Origin: Macrostomum hystrix
Taxonomy: Eukaryota > Animalia > Platyhelminthes
NCBI GenBank assembly: GCA_950097015.1
Contig: CATNEN010000038.1
Span: 7,130,001-7,194,000, forward strand
Reading direction: 5' to 3'
Length of the DNA: 64,000 nt
Position 1 is the first letter of the stretch; each line of letters begins with the position of its first letter. Below, in pieces: positions 63,455-64,000 of the stretch. The notes beneath the pieces are model-generated. The model ran no database searches. It saw only the letters and a list, made by a program, of their open reading frames with translations, and was not told the DNA's origin. The position numbers were made by a program, and so were the translations under genes.

Positions 63455-64000
63455 CTCATCTGTGCGGCGTCAATCTCATTGCATCCAGTCTAGTTTGCTC
63501 ATCTGTGCGGCGTCAATCTCATTGCATCCAGTCTAGTTTGCTCAGCTGTGCGGCGTCAATCTCATTGCATCCAGTCTAGTTTGCTCAGCTGTGCGGCGTC
63601 AATCTCATTGCATCCAGTCTAGTTTGCTCATCTGTGCGGCGTCAATCTCATTGCATCCAGTCTAGTTTGCTCATCTGTGCGGCGTCAATCTCATTGCATC
63701 CAGTCTAGTTTGCTCATCTGTGCGGCGTCAATCTCATTGCATCCAGTCTAGTTTGCTCATCTGTGCGGCGTCAATCTCATTGCATCCAGTCTGGTTTGCT
63801 CATCTGTGCGGCGTCAATCTCATTGCATCCAGTCTGGTTTGCTCATCTGTGCGGCGTCAATCTCATTGCATCCAGTCTAGTTTGCTCATCTGTGCGGCGT
63901 CAATCTCATTGCATCCAGTCTGGTTTGCTCATCTGTGCGGCGTCAATCTCATTGCATCCAGTCTAGTTTGCTCATCTGTGCGGCGTCAATCTCATTGCAT
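63455..64000. repeat. 43-bp minisatellite running off the window end
   Basis: Unit TTTGCTCATCTGTGCGGCGTCAATCTCATTGCATCCAGTCTAG. Confidence 0.97.

Overview
Eukaryotic (metazoan) genomic DNA with GT-AG introns and GC-rich exons. About 20 different minisatellite arrays fill the introns and intergenic gaps. This architecture suggests a free-living flatworm such as Macrostomum, which is an inference and not verified. Gene models built by hand from splice sites and phase: a broken contactin-like Ig fragment (-), a 6-exon TRPA-like ankyrin channel (-), a 7-exon G-alpha-s (-), an intronless DEG/ENaC channel (+), four co-oriented genes Siah - RPS3 - FG-nucleoporin (POM121/Nup153-like) - PSMA5 (+), and the 3' part of an MPDZ/Patj multi-PDZ gene (-). 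Most long ORFs in the track are artefacts of tandem repeats. Highlight 1: the four + strand genes each begin at a 3' splice acceptor with no evident cis donor, like an SL trans-spliced operon. The nucleoporin ORF has no early ATG and opens in frame exactly at its acceptor, which fits a start codon donated by the AUG-terminated flatworm spliced leader. Highlight 2: seven copies of a non-canonical C/D snoRNA complementary to 28S rRNA lie in RPS3 introns, six of them in one intron. Also present: a tRNA-derived SINE family, an IS630/Tc1 relic and nested inverted-repeat elements.
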